Part shown: one piece after another, positions 8,974 to 17,632 of the stretch
How the letters are laid out: each line of letters starts with the position of its first letter
Numbering within the stretch: the first letter of the stretch is position 1
Source: Vulcanimicrobiota bacterium
GTDB taxonomy: Bacteria; Vulcanimicrobiota; Vulcanimicrobiia; Vulcanimicrobiales; Vulcanimicrobiaceae
Length of the DNA: 64,000 nt
Assembly (NCBI GenBank): GCA_963786105.1
Contig: CAWAXX010000007.1
Location: forward strand, 1-64,000
Direction of reading: 5' to 3'
Made by a program: the position numbers and the translations under genes
The notes under the pieces: generated by a model
Told to the model about the DNA's origin: nothing
Databases searched by the model: none
The model's input: the letters and a program-made list of their open reading frames with translations, nothing else

Positions 8974-9054
8974 CGCGCATTAGGCAAAGCACGCTAACGT
9001 TGTGCTTCATCAGCATTCAACGCTGTTTGGCCTTGCCTTAACCGTCGCGCTACC

Positions 9055-9519
9055 ATGACGCTGGAGCAGTTCGCTTGGCTCGGCAGCATAATGAGCGGTC
9101 TCGGCGTCATTGCAACGATTATCTACACTGCTATCCAAATTCGGAGCAACACCCTCGCCGTTCGCGCCTCGGCGTTCCAGGAGGTCGTCGATTCCTTTGC
9201 TTCGATCTCCTTCGATATTGCGAAAGACAAGAACCTCACCGATCTTTTCCTGCGTGCCAGCCGTGACTCTTCCGCACTCAACGATGTGGAACGTACGCAG
9301 TACAGTTTCATGCTGCTCAGCTTTCTACGCCGGGCGGAGAGCCTCTATTTTCAGAGCGAGAGTCGCACGCTCCGCGACAAGCACTGGGCCGGTATCCGCG
9401 CGAGCATCGAGTGGGTAATGTCGTCGCCGGGCGCGCGCGCCAGCTGGAAAGAGATCAAGACGAGGTTCAATCCGCGATTCACCGCCTTCATCGACGGGCT
9501 CGGTGCCTCCAGCTCGTAG
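9055..9519 (+). CDS. Hypothetical protein with N-terminal membrane anchor
   Basis: Single hydrophobic helix, then QIRSNT.AVRASAFQ and SPGARASW. Confidence 0.7.
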   Translation: MTLEQFAWLGSIMSGLGVIATIIYTAIQIRSNTLAVRASAFQEVVDSFASISFDIAKDKNLTDLFLRASRDSSALNDVERTQYSFMLLSFLRRAESLYFQSESRTLRDKHWAGIRASIEWVMSSPGARASWKEIKTRFNPRFTAFIDGLGASSS

Positions 9520-9674
9520 CGGCCCGTAGGGTTCACGTCGGGCTCGTGAGGCCCCCTGATAGACAGGATAGCAAGCGGTAACCAGGATCCGCGTTCCGGT
9601 TTTAATCGAGCCCTAATTCTGAGGCGGCTTCAGCCCAAATACTTGGGTAGAATGGCAGTTGGGGGATTTTCCTT

Positions 9675-10895
9675 ATGATGAGCAAGCTGGTCACAGGAAT
9701 TTTTGCAATCACCTTCGCTGCGGCGGCGTTGATGAGCACCGCTCCCGCCGGCGCTCAAGTTATCTTCGCCGGCTTCGCTCCGAGCGTCATCGCGTACGCC
9801 CCGCCGGTAGCTCCCGTCCAAACGCCGTACTGCACGCCGGATAGCTACAACCAGACGGTTTGGCAACCCGGCACGGGTTGGGTTTGGTGTCCGGTCGCAC
9901 CCGTCGCAGCGTACGCGCCAATACCGTATGCACCTACCGCGGCCTTCGCGCCGGCTGTAGCGTACGCCCCGGCCCCGTACGTGGCGCCCTACGCGCCCGC
10001 GGTATCGTACGCACCGTACGCGCCGGCGGTATCGTATGCTCCGTATGCACCTGCGGTATCGTACGCACCGGCGGCGTATCCCGCGTATACCGGCGCGTCG
10101 CTTTTTGGCGCCGCGCTGGGGCTCGGCGTTCTAGGCTTAGTAGCATCAGCGGTGAACGCCCCGCTTTACGGTGCCGCGTACCCGGCAGCGTATGCGGCAA
10201 CATATCCGGCAGCGTATCCCGCAGCGGTGTACCCGACAACGTATCCGGCGGTCGCCGCGTATTCCTACTACCCGGGCTATGCGATGGCTGCCGTAAATCC
10301 GGCGTTCTCGGTCGGTCCGGCTGCGGTGGCCCCAACGATTGTCGGCAACAACGTCACGCACGTATATCACACCGTCGTCGTGCGAAATGGCAGAGTTATC
10401 CATCGAACGATCACCCACAGGGTCATTGGGCCGGCCCGGGTCGCACATGCGATGCAACCCTTCCGCGCTCGCGCCACTCGTGTCGCGCTTGCCCACTCGA
10501 GGGCGATCGCTGCGCATGCCAGGCTTGTGGCCGCACGCGCGAGGGTTGCTGCTGCGCACGCGAAGCTCGCCGCCGCCCACGCAAGGGCTGCCGCCTCCCA
10601 CGCCAGGCTTGCGGCTACGCACGCTCGGTTTAGCGCGGCGCACGCGAGAATCGCCGCCAGTCACGCTCGGATCAGTGCAGCGCAAGCGCACACGATTAGC
10701 GCTCGTACGCACCCCGCTGCGCCGGCTTCACACGCGATCGCACGAGCTCCGCGTTCGCTTGCGGCACCACACGCGATGGCTGCAGCTCCGCATGCGATGG
10801 CTGCAGCTCCGCGTGCGATGGCCGCACCGCGCTCGGTAGCCGCTCCGCGAGGGATGGTTGCCGCCGGGCGCGGGGGGAGCCGACCACCGCGCTAA
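9675..10895 (+). CDS. Secreted low-complexity repeat protein (Tyr-Ala-Pro and Ala-His-Ala-Arg repeats)
   Basis: Signal peptide ending AGA-Q; 27-nt tandem repeats at 9987-10067; heptad repeats ~10480-10700; 21-nt repeats at 10773-10829. Confidence 0.75.
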   Translation: MMSKLVTGIFAITFAAAALMSTAPAGAQVIFAGFAPSVIAYAPPVAPVQTPYCTPDSYNQTVWQPGTGWVWCPVAPVAAYAPIPYAPTAAFAPAVAYAPAPYVAPYAPAVSYAPYAPAVSYAPYAPAVSYAPAAYPAYTGASLFGAALGLGVLGLVASAVNAPLYGAAYPAAYAATYPAAYPAAVYPTTYPAVAAYSYYPGYAMAAVNPAFSVGPAAVAPTIVGNNVTHVYHTVVVRNGRVIHRTITHRVIGPARVAHAMQPFRARATRVALAHSRAIAAHARLVAARARVAAAHAKLAAAHARAAASHARLAATHARFSAAHARIAASHARISAAQAHTISARTHPAAPASHAIARAPRSLAAPHAMAAAPHAMAAAPRAMAAPRSVAAPRGMVAAGRGGSRPPR

Positions 10896-10940
10896 CGGTC
10901 GGTCGCCATCGACTGCGCTGCCTGCGCCTCACTCAAGACG

Positions 10941-10994
10941 AAAACTATGCCGAGAGCGATGACCGTGATGACGGCCATCGCCTCGCATAGTTTT
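10941..10994. repeat. Long imperfect hairpin (possible bidirectional terminator or island border)
   Basis: AAAACTATGC..GAG.GCGATG.CCGT-gatg-ACGG.CATCGC.CTC.GCATAGTTTT. Confidence 0.65.
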
Positions 10995-11244
10995 GCCCGC
11001 CTTCTATGGGCCGCTTGAATTCCTCAATCGTTTGCCTTCTTCTGCCCGTGCCTTCATCTGCCCGACTTCAACGGCACTTCCAGATCGATGGTCACGATCA
11101 AGAACCTCGATTGGGGCTAACTGCCGAACCAGCTTGACATAAGGAACGGGATCACTTCCATCAACCTGGCATGTTACTGGTTGTACCCGCTTCCGATGGT
11201 GTTCCCGCAGGGCCCTTTTGCCCCTACTCCGGAAGTAGAGTTCT

Positions 11245-11595
11245 ATGGCAGATGACCTCGAGGGCGCCGGGCAGGACGATCCGTTTGAGTTATTGGCCTC
11301 CTCGATCAATCAATCGATTGCGGCCGCGACCGAGCTGCAGAACAAAGTGGCCGCGTTGGCAAAATTTGTCAACGATCGGATAGAATCTGTCTTGTCGATC
11401 CTTGCAGGTCCTAATTCAGACCAGGCGCTGCGCGATGCGACCCGGGAAATGCAAGAGACACAGATGAGCTTTAACTTGCAGTACCTTCAGCTTCAAAACT
11501 CAATGCAAAACGATAACCGTCAATTTATCACGGTGAGCAATATCATGAAAACGAAGTCGACCACCATCCGAGACTCTATTAACAACGTTAAATAG
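11245..11595 (+). CDS. Small helical protein, C-terminus resembling T3SS needle/rod subunits
   Basis: Ends LQNSMQNDNRQFITVSNIMKTKSTTIRDSINNVK. Confidence 0.7.
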   Translation: MADDLEGAGQDDPFELLASSINQSIAAATELQNKVAALAKFVNDRIESVLSILAGPNSDQALRDATREMQETQMSFNLQYLQLQNSMQNDNRQFITVSNIMKTKSTTIRDSINNVK

Positions 11596-11658
11596 CTGAA
11601 GACCCGGCCTTCGACGGTGGCTGGCGCGTTTTTCGCACTTCTTCCACTCGCGTGCGGG

Positions 11659-11889
11659 CTATTTCATGTTTTGCGTTATCGCCTCTTGCGTGTCCGCTAT
11701 TTTTTTCAATACATTGCTTAACGTTTCCAGATATTTAGAACGGCGGTCCATTGCCATTTGCAACCTCATGGACACCATCTCGGATAGTTCGTTCATCGAG
11801 TCAAGGTCGGCGCGTAGGTCTGCCTGGATCGTCAGTAAGGCCGACTGCATCTCCAGAAAGTCTGTCCTAATCGCCTTTGAGTTACCCAT
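11659..11889 (-). CDS. Small helical protein (76 aa), T3SS needle-like
   Basis: GGAG Shine-Dalgarno before ATG 11889; ends LQMAMDRRSKYLETLSNVLKKIADTQEAITQNMK. Confidence 0.72.
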   Translation of the reverse strand: MGNSKAIRTDFLEMQSALLTIQADLRADLDSMNELSEMVSMRLQMAMDRRSKYLETLSNVLKKIADTQEAITQNMK

Positions 11890-11964
11890 CGGTTCCACTC
11901 CGTTGGTTACCGTCTGTAAAAACGTTCCAATGCGCAACAGCGCTCTTTAAGCCCTTCAGACGAT

Positions 11965-12743
11965 GGGATCATCCTGCAATTCCGCGGAGAGTACGAACGA
12001 ACCGAGGCCGCGCACGCCGAGAGTCTCGCCATTCGAAAGCGGCTCGGCGACGACGTCGGCATCGCGACGTGCTTGTCGAATCTGGCCTCTACGGCCTTCA
12101 GCAACAACGACTTGGCGCGCGCTTCGGCGTTTGGAGAGGAGAGCGTCGCGATCTACCGGCGCCTGGGACACGAGTCGGGTCTCGCACACGCACTCATGAA
12201 AATCGGTCTCGTCGCCGCGACGGAGCGAAACTACGCGCGCGCCGAGGAACTCTTTAACGAATGCCTTCGAATGCAGCGCGCCGTCGGCAACACCGGCAGC
12301 ATGCACTACTCTCTTGTAAATCTCGGAGCCGTCGCCCACCACCGCGGTAACTATGAAGTCGCGTTGTCTCGCTACCACGAGGCCCTCGACGCGCTCGACT
12401 CAACGCCGAATAAGTCGGCGGTGGCAAAGACGCTCGAAGATCTTGCAGCCACCATCGCCGCCTCGGGCGATCCGTCGCGCGCGGCTCGTCTGCTGGTGCG
12501 GCCGACGTGCTGCGGCGAACGATCGGCTTCCCAGTGTTTCCCTCCGAGCGTGCGGACTACGACGCCGAGATTGCTCGGGTGCGCGCGATCCTCGGCGACG
12601 AAGCCTTCGACGTCCAATGGCGGATTGGCAGCAGCATCACGCTCGAGCGAGCGCTCGAAGAGGCCCGCGAGACGCGGGCGCCTGCCGTTCCGATTACCAC
12701 GGAAATAGCAGGCGCCCCTGAGGGTAGAGTCGATCCGACTTAG
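11965..12743 (+). pseudogene. C-terminal TPR remnant of an ATPase/TPR-type regulator
   Basis: TPR repeats (ESLAIRKRLGDDVGIATCLSNLA) and an RAARL...VRAILGDEAF..W..G tail. No N-terminus; frameshift at ~12497. Confidence 0.75.
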
Positions 12744-13285
12744 TGATAGGTGCCCGCCGGGCTGGTAGCGACGCCGTAGACTTGCGCGCCGCCAGGGGTG
12801 AACGTGTTGAGCTGTTTTCCGCCGGGGAACACGTCCCAGGGGCCGTCGAGACCGTTCGTAATGGTCCTTTTCGGCGTGGCGGCGTTCGGGGCGTAGACCG
12901 TGACGGCGTTGCTGACGTAGTTTGCAACGAACAAGTTGCCGTGTTTGTCGGTGGTTATGCCGTTGGGGCCTTGGACGCCGCTCGTGATGGTCCGGATAGG
13001 CGGTGGATTCTGCGTTTTGGTTGCGGTGTTAAACACGAGGACCCGATTGTTCTCATTGTCGCTGACGAACAAGAGCTTGGGTTTGGTGCCGTTGGGATCC
13101 GGCTGCGATTGAGATCCCAGGGATCCGGCCGCTAAGGAGCCGGTCGTTTTATCCTGCGTAACGGGAGAAATCGGAGCTGAGGGCAGGGCCGATGACGTGC
13201 CACTGCAGCCCTCGAGCGGCGAAACGATCAGGAAAGCCATCACGATCCCGATGGCGGCTCGAAGGGCGAACGCGCGATTCTGCAT
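12740..13285 (-). CDS. Short NHL-repeat lipoprotein, probably internally deleted
   Basis: Lipobox LEGC; only about 2 NHL blades, then an abrupt jump (GPWDV|FPGGKQ). Confidence 0.65.
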   Translation of the reverse strand: MQNRAFALRAAIGIVMAFLIVSPLEGCSGTSSALPSAPISPVTQDKTTGSLAAGSLGSQSQPDPNGTKPKLLFVSDNENNRVLVFNTATKTQNPPPIRTITSGVQGPNGITTDKHGNLFVANYVSNAVTVYAPNAATPKRTITNGLDGPWDVFPGGKQLNTFTPGGAQVYGVATSPAGTYH

Positions 13286-13495
13286 CTTAGATATCCTTTT
13301 CAAGCGAAGTGCCTTATGCATCGAGCCTATCGCCCCGGGAACCGGGAAACCACGAAGTTTCTAGACATTTCACGCGACCGGCAGGCCGAAATCCGACGCT
13401 TACCGGGGTTCTCGCCCCGCGACGGCGTAAGGGGACTCCGCTCGTCCTTGCTTTGAGGAAGAGCGACTCTTGCGTTTCGGGAAAGGACACCGCAC

Positions 13496-16400
13496 ATGCC
13501 CGGCCTGTCACGCACGCTTATCGCATCCGTCGTTGCCGCTGGGGTTCTCGTGGGAATCGGCTTTTCGGCGCTGCGGCTTGAAGCGCAAGCGATCCCACGC
13601 GATGCGTACGTGCCCCCTGCCTTTGCCGAACCGGTGACGCTCGCCAGTAAGGACGGAGTGCTCGAGGTCACGCTGACTCCACGTCAGAGTACGGCGCGGC
13701 TCGACACCGTCGCCAAGCCCGTGACGAACATGCTGCTCTTCGACTACTCGGTTCAGCGGGGAACCGCGTCCAACGGCCAGATGTCGGGCGGCCATCAGTA
13801 TCCCGCACCGACGCTGCAAGTCTCACCGGGCGAGAGGCTGATCGTTCACATCAACAACGAGTTGCGCAACCTGACGATCCCCGACTTTTACGACCCGAAG
13901 TACACGGCCAAGGGCCAGACGGTACCGCTCTACCCGCAAATGATGACGTCATCGCCAGTCAATCTCCACGTGCACGGCGCACACGTCAGCCCGCGCGGTA
14001 ACGCCGACAACGTGCTGCTGCACATCGATGCGGGCATGTCGAACACGTACGTGTACGACATCCCCAAGAATATGACGCCGGGCACGTTTTGGTATCATAG
14101 CCACCTTCACACCCTGACGGCGTCGCAGACGTACTTCGGTCTGGCCGGCTTGCTGCTCGTCGGCCGCGCCGACAGCGCGATCCCGCTCGTCACCCAAAAC
14201 AACATTCCGATCCGCACGATGATGTTGCAGTACAATACGGTCTTCGATCGCATGGGCGGCCTGGCGCAGATGACCAACCCGAACTGGCCGCAATGGGTCA
14301 GCACCCTGGCGCCGCCCAAGGGCAACGAACTCGCCAAAGGGACGTACCATCCATCGCTTGCACCGGTGAACTTTTTGGAATCGAAGAAGGGTACGCAGTG
14401 GACCACCGTGTGGTACGCCGGGCCGCTGTCGATTAATAACATGCGCGGGCGCTTTCAGTTCGTACCGACCAACTTGCAGCGCTTTACGGCCTCTGCGGGC
14501 TCCGACGGCACCAATATGAAGGCCGCTCCGTCGCTTCCCGACTACGAGCGCGACGTGCAGTTTACGGTCAACGGCTTGTTCGAGCCGGTCCTCAAGGTCA
14601 AGCCCGGGCAGACCGAGATTTGGGTGCTCGCCAACGTCAGCGACATCGCGTACATGAACGTCGAGCTCACCGAAACCGCGACCGGCTACCATCCGAAGAT
14701 CGCCGTCGTCGGACAAGACGGCATCGCCTACGGCGAAGTGCACTATCCGCACGAACAGGACGGAACGCAATTGCTGATTCCGCCGGCGACGCGCTTTGCG
14801 ATTGCGGTGACGATGCCCGCCAAAGGATCGTTGCGCCTTTCGCTGCCGAGTCTAGGTTCGGGGGCGAGAACGCTTTCCGCACCCGGCGTCCTCTACACCA
14901 ACAACGGTACGCCGAATTCGCCGGCGCGGTTGGGAACTCTCAGCGTGCTGCCGTCGGCGATCAGTTATGCCGACGGATTCTTCATCTTCCCGTCGCAAAC
15001 GCTACTCAACGCCAATCCAGACGACGGGCAAGGCGTTTCGACGGCGTTTAACCTCGGGCAGAAGCTCGATGCGCCCACGCCTTTCCACGATCTGTCGAAA
15101 CTCACCCCCGACGTGAGCCGCACGCTGCTTATCAACGGCGGATTCCTCAACAATCACGCCAGCAACGCCGATCCCAAAGCGTTCGTGTACGCGTTCGACG
15201 GAAACGCGTTTCCCAACGTTCCGTTGATTCAAGCGCGGCTCGGTTCGGTCGAAGAATGGAACTTCGTCAACCATAATAACGACGCGCATCCGATTCACGT
15301 CCACGTCAACGACTTCCAGGTGACCAAGTACTTTGACCCAACCACCGGAACGAAACTGGGACCACAAATGTTCGGCGAGGACAACGCCAACGTTCCCGCG
15401 CCGTCGATGGGACCGCAGGAGGCGGTCATTCAAGCCGGCACGCTGACGATGCGTACGCATTTTATTGACTACTTGGGCTTGTACGTGCTCCATTGCCATC
15501 GGCTCAATCACGAAGACAATGGGTTGATGATGCTCATCAACGTTATTCCCGCCATCTCCGACTATGCGGTGGCCGTTCCGGGATCGCCGGGCCACCCCGC
15601 GACGGTGAACGTCTTCGACGGCCACGGCGATCGCTTAATAGCGACCGTCACGCCGTTCCCGGATTTCTACGGAACGCCCCGCGTGGCGATCGGTGATGTC
15701 GATGCTGACGGAATCTACGATCTCATCGTCGGCGCCGGCAAGGGACACTCTCCCGAAGTCGTGGCGTACTCGGGCGCACCTGGGGGCGGAAAGCCGTTCA
15801 CAACCGAACTCGCGCGCTTCCAGGCCTTCGATGCGGCCCACACCGGCGGTGTGAGCGTTGCGTCGACCCAAATCGACGGCAGATCGGCGGATAACATCAT
15901 CGTCGGCTCCGGCGGCGGCACGACCGATCAGGTTCGGATCTTCAGCAGCGAACTTCCGGCCGTCGGCACGGCGCCGGCAGCCTTCGCAAGTTTCGCACCG
16001 TACGGAAGCGATACGTCCGGCGTCAGCCTCGCCGCCGGATTCGTCGACTTCCTGACCGGACGCAACAGCATCGTGACCGCACCCGGAACGGGCGCGCAGG
16101 TCAAGGTATTTTCGTACTCGCTGATGACGCCGATCGGTTCTCCGCCGGCCTGGCCGAACAATCCGGGCAACGCGCATATGGACGCATCGTTTATGCCGTT
16201 CGGTGCAAGCTATCGCGGTCCGATCTCGATCGCTACCGGATGGCTGGCCGGTTCGTACGGCGGGGCCGAAGCGATCGCCGCCAGTCAGCTCTCCGGTGCG
16301 GGAGCCGTAAAGGTGTTCTCGACCGGTACGGCGCTCCAGGGCAATCCACCGATGTACCTGCGCAGCGCGATGATGCACGAGATGGCCTCGAACTTCAGCG

Positions 16401-16630
16401 AGATTGCGTCGTTCGAGCCTTTCGCCGGTGCATCGGCCGTTCGCGTCGCGACAACGTCGACGACGATCGGTGCCGATCTGCTCGCGAGCGGAGCGGCCGA
16501 CGGCACGGTGCGAGTCGAGAAGCTCCGTCTCACACGCTCGAACCCGCAAGCACACATGCTGACGGCGACGCGCGTGAACGCGATTTGGTCGGGAACGGGA
16601 ACGGCGCCTGCCGTGCTCGGCGGCGACTAG
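13496..16630 (+). CDS. Large exported multicopper oxidase with FG-GAP-like C-terminal repeats
   Basis: HVHG, WYHSH, HPIHVH and HCHRLNHEDNGLM copper motifs; GDVDADGIYDLIVGAG repeat. Confidence 0.92.
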   Translation: MPGLSRTLIASVVAAGVLVGIGFSALRLEAQAIPRDAYVPPAFAEPVTLASKDGVLEVTLTPRQSTARLDTVAKPVTNMLLFDYSVQRGTASNGQMSGGHQYPAPTLQVSPGERLIVHINNELRNLTIPDFYDPKYTAKGQTVPLYPQMMTSSPVNLHVHGAHVSPRGNADNVLLHIDAGMSNTYVYDIPKNMTPGTFWYHSHLHTLTASQTYFGLAGLLLVGRADSAIPLVTQNNIPIRTMMLQYNTVFDRMGGLAQMTNPNWPQWVSTLAPPKGNELAKGTYHPSLAPVNFLESKKGTQWTTVWYAGPLSINNMRGRFQFVPTNLQRFTASAGSDGTNMKAAPSLPDYERDVQFTVNGLFEPVLKVKPGQTEIWVLANVSDIAYMNVELTETATGYHPKIAVVGQDGIAYGEVHYPHEQDGTQLLIPPATRFAIAVTMPAKGSLRLSLPSLGSGARTLSAPGVLYTNNGTPNSPARLGTLSVLPSAISYADGFFIFPSQTLLNANPDDGQGVSTAFNLGQKLDAPTPFHDLSKLTPDVSRTLLINGGFLNNHASNADPKAFVYAFDGNAFPNVPLIQARLGSVEEWNFVNHNNDAHPIHVHVNDFQVTKYFDPTTGTKLGPQMFGEDNANVPAPSMGPQEAVIQAGTLTMRTHFIDYLGLYVLHCHRLNHEDNGLMMLINVIPAISDYAVAVPGSPGHPATVNVFDGHGDRLIATVTPFPDFYGTPRVAIGDVDADGIYDLIVGAGKGHSPEVVAYSGAPGGGKPFTTELARFQAFDAAHTGGVSVASTQIDGRSADNIIVGSGGGTTDQVRIFSSELPAVGTAPAAFASFAPYGSDTSGVSLAAGFVDFLTGRNSIVTAPGTGAQVKVFSYSLMTPIGSPPAWPNNPGNAHMDASFMPFGASYRGPISIATGWLAGSYGGAEAIAASQLSGAGAVKVFSTGTALQGNPPMYLRSAMMHEMASNFSEIASFEPFAGASAVRVATTSTTIGADLLASGAADGTVRVEKLRLTRSNPQAHMLTATRVNAIWSGTGTAPAVLGGD

Positions 16631-16643
16631 GGAAACCTTCGTC

Positions 16644-17585
16644 GTGGCGGACGACGACGTTTCGACCCTGCTGCTTTGCGCGCGCGTACGGCCTGAGTGC
16701 GTCGACGAATTCCGGCAGTGGCACGTGCGCTGGCAGACGGCCGTCTTAGCCTCGCCGGGCGCGCTCAGCTTCGAGTTCTGGCCGCCGGCTCCGCCTGATC
16801 AACAAGAAGCCGTCGCTCTGTCGCGCTTCGAGAACGCAGAAGCCTTACGGAACTGGCGCCGCAGCGACGTCAACCGCCACCTGGTCGCCGAGGCCGCCTC
16901 ATTCGCCGAAGGGGGCATCGTCATGCAGCTCGTCGGTCAAGCGGCGGCGGCATATTACGTGCAGCATGGCGTGACGTTCGTCGTCGTGACCGACATCAAG
17001 CCCGGCAAAGAACGAGAATATCGCGCGTGGGCCGACAAGATTCAAAGGGTTCAGGAAACGTTCCCCGGCTACATCGGCTCGTTCGTCCAGCCGCCTCAGC
17101 ATAAGGAGACCGGCTGGACGACGGTACTGCGATTCGACACGGCGCAGCACCTGAGCGCATGGCAAAACTCCCTGCAGCGCGCGGCGTTGATAGAGGAGGC
17201 GTCGCCGTTAATCGAACGCTTCAAAGCGCAACGCGTCGACACGTCGTTTCCGGGATGGGTTCCTGTCGATCCGGCCACCGGCAAGCCGCCGAGCGTGTGG
17301 AAGACGGCGTGCCTCGTGTTGCTCACGTTGTTTCCGGTGGTAATGTTGGAGCTGAAGTTCCTCAACCCGCACCTCCGCGGGCTGCCTCCGGCGTTGGCGA
17401 CTTTCACCGGCAACGCCATCAGCGTCTTACTGACGACGTGGCCGCTGATGCCGCTGGCAATCCGCGCGTTTCGGCCGTGGCTTTTTCCGGAAGGTCAACC
17501 GCGCGCGCTGGTCCTCGCGATGGCGCTTCTGCTGGTTTGTTGTTATGCCATCGAAATTGCCGTACTGTGGCGATTGCTTCCTTAG
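16644..17585 (+). CDS. Tandem ABM-like (dimeric alpha-beta barrel) protein with C-terminal TM helices
   Basis: Two units of V.P....F..W......FPG.....RF....L..W..S..R, plus a PPSVWKTACLVLL membrane tail. Confidence 0.8.
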   Translation: MADDDVSTLLLCARVRPECVDEFRQWHVRWQTAVLASPGALSFEFWPPAPPDQQEAVALSRFENAEALRNWRRSDVNRHLVAEAASFAEGGIVMQLVGQAAAAYYVQHGVTFVVVTDIKPGKEREYRAWADKIQRVQETFPGYIGSFVQPPQHKETGWTTVLRFDTAQHLSAWQNSLQRAALIEEASPLIERFKAQRVDTSFPGWVPVDPATGKPPSVWKTACLVLLTLFPVVMLELKFLNPHLRGLPPALATFTGNAISVLLTTWPLMPLAIRAFRPWLFPEGQPRALVLAMALLLVCCYAIEIAVLWRLLP

Positions 17586-17592
17586 GCTGCTG

Positions 17593-17632
17593 TCCTTCGA
17601 CTGCGGCGCTTCGCGCCTCCGCTCAGGATGAC
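17593..17632. repeat. REP-like palindromic element, copy 1
   Basis: TCCTTCGACTGCGGCGCTTCGCGCCTCCGCTCAGGATGAC; 38/40 identical to 33993-34032. Confidence 0.85.

Noticed and set aside
10941..10994. Hairpin as an attC site
   Set aside because: It has AAC/GTT ends and bulges but does not match the R-box consensus, is single-copy, and lacks the unpaired spacer.
11004..11309. Minus-strand 101-aa ORF in the AT-richer patch
   Set aside because: It overlaps the 11245 gene and has no recognisable features.
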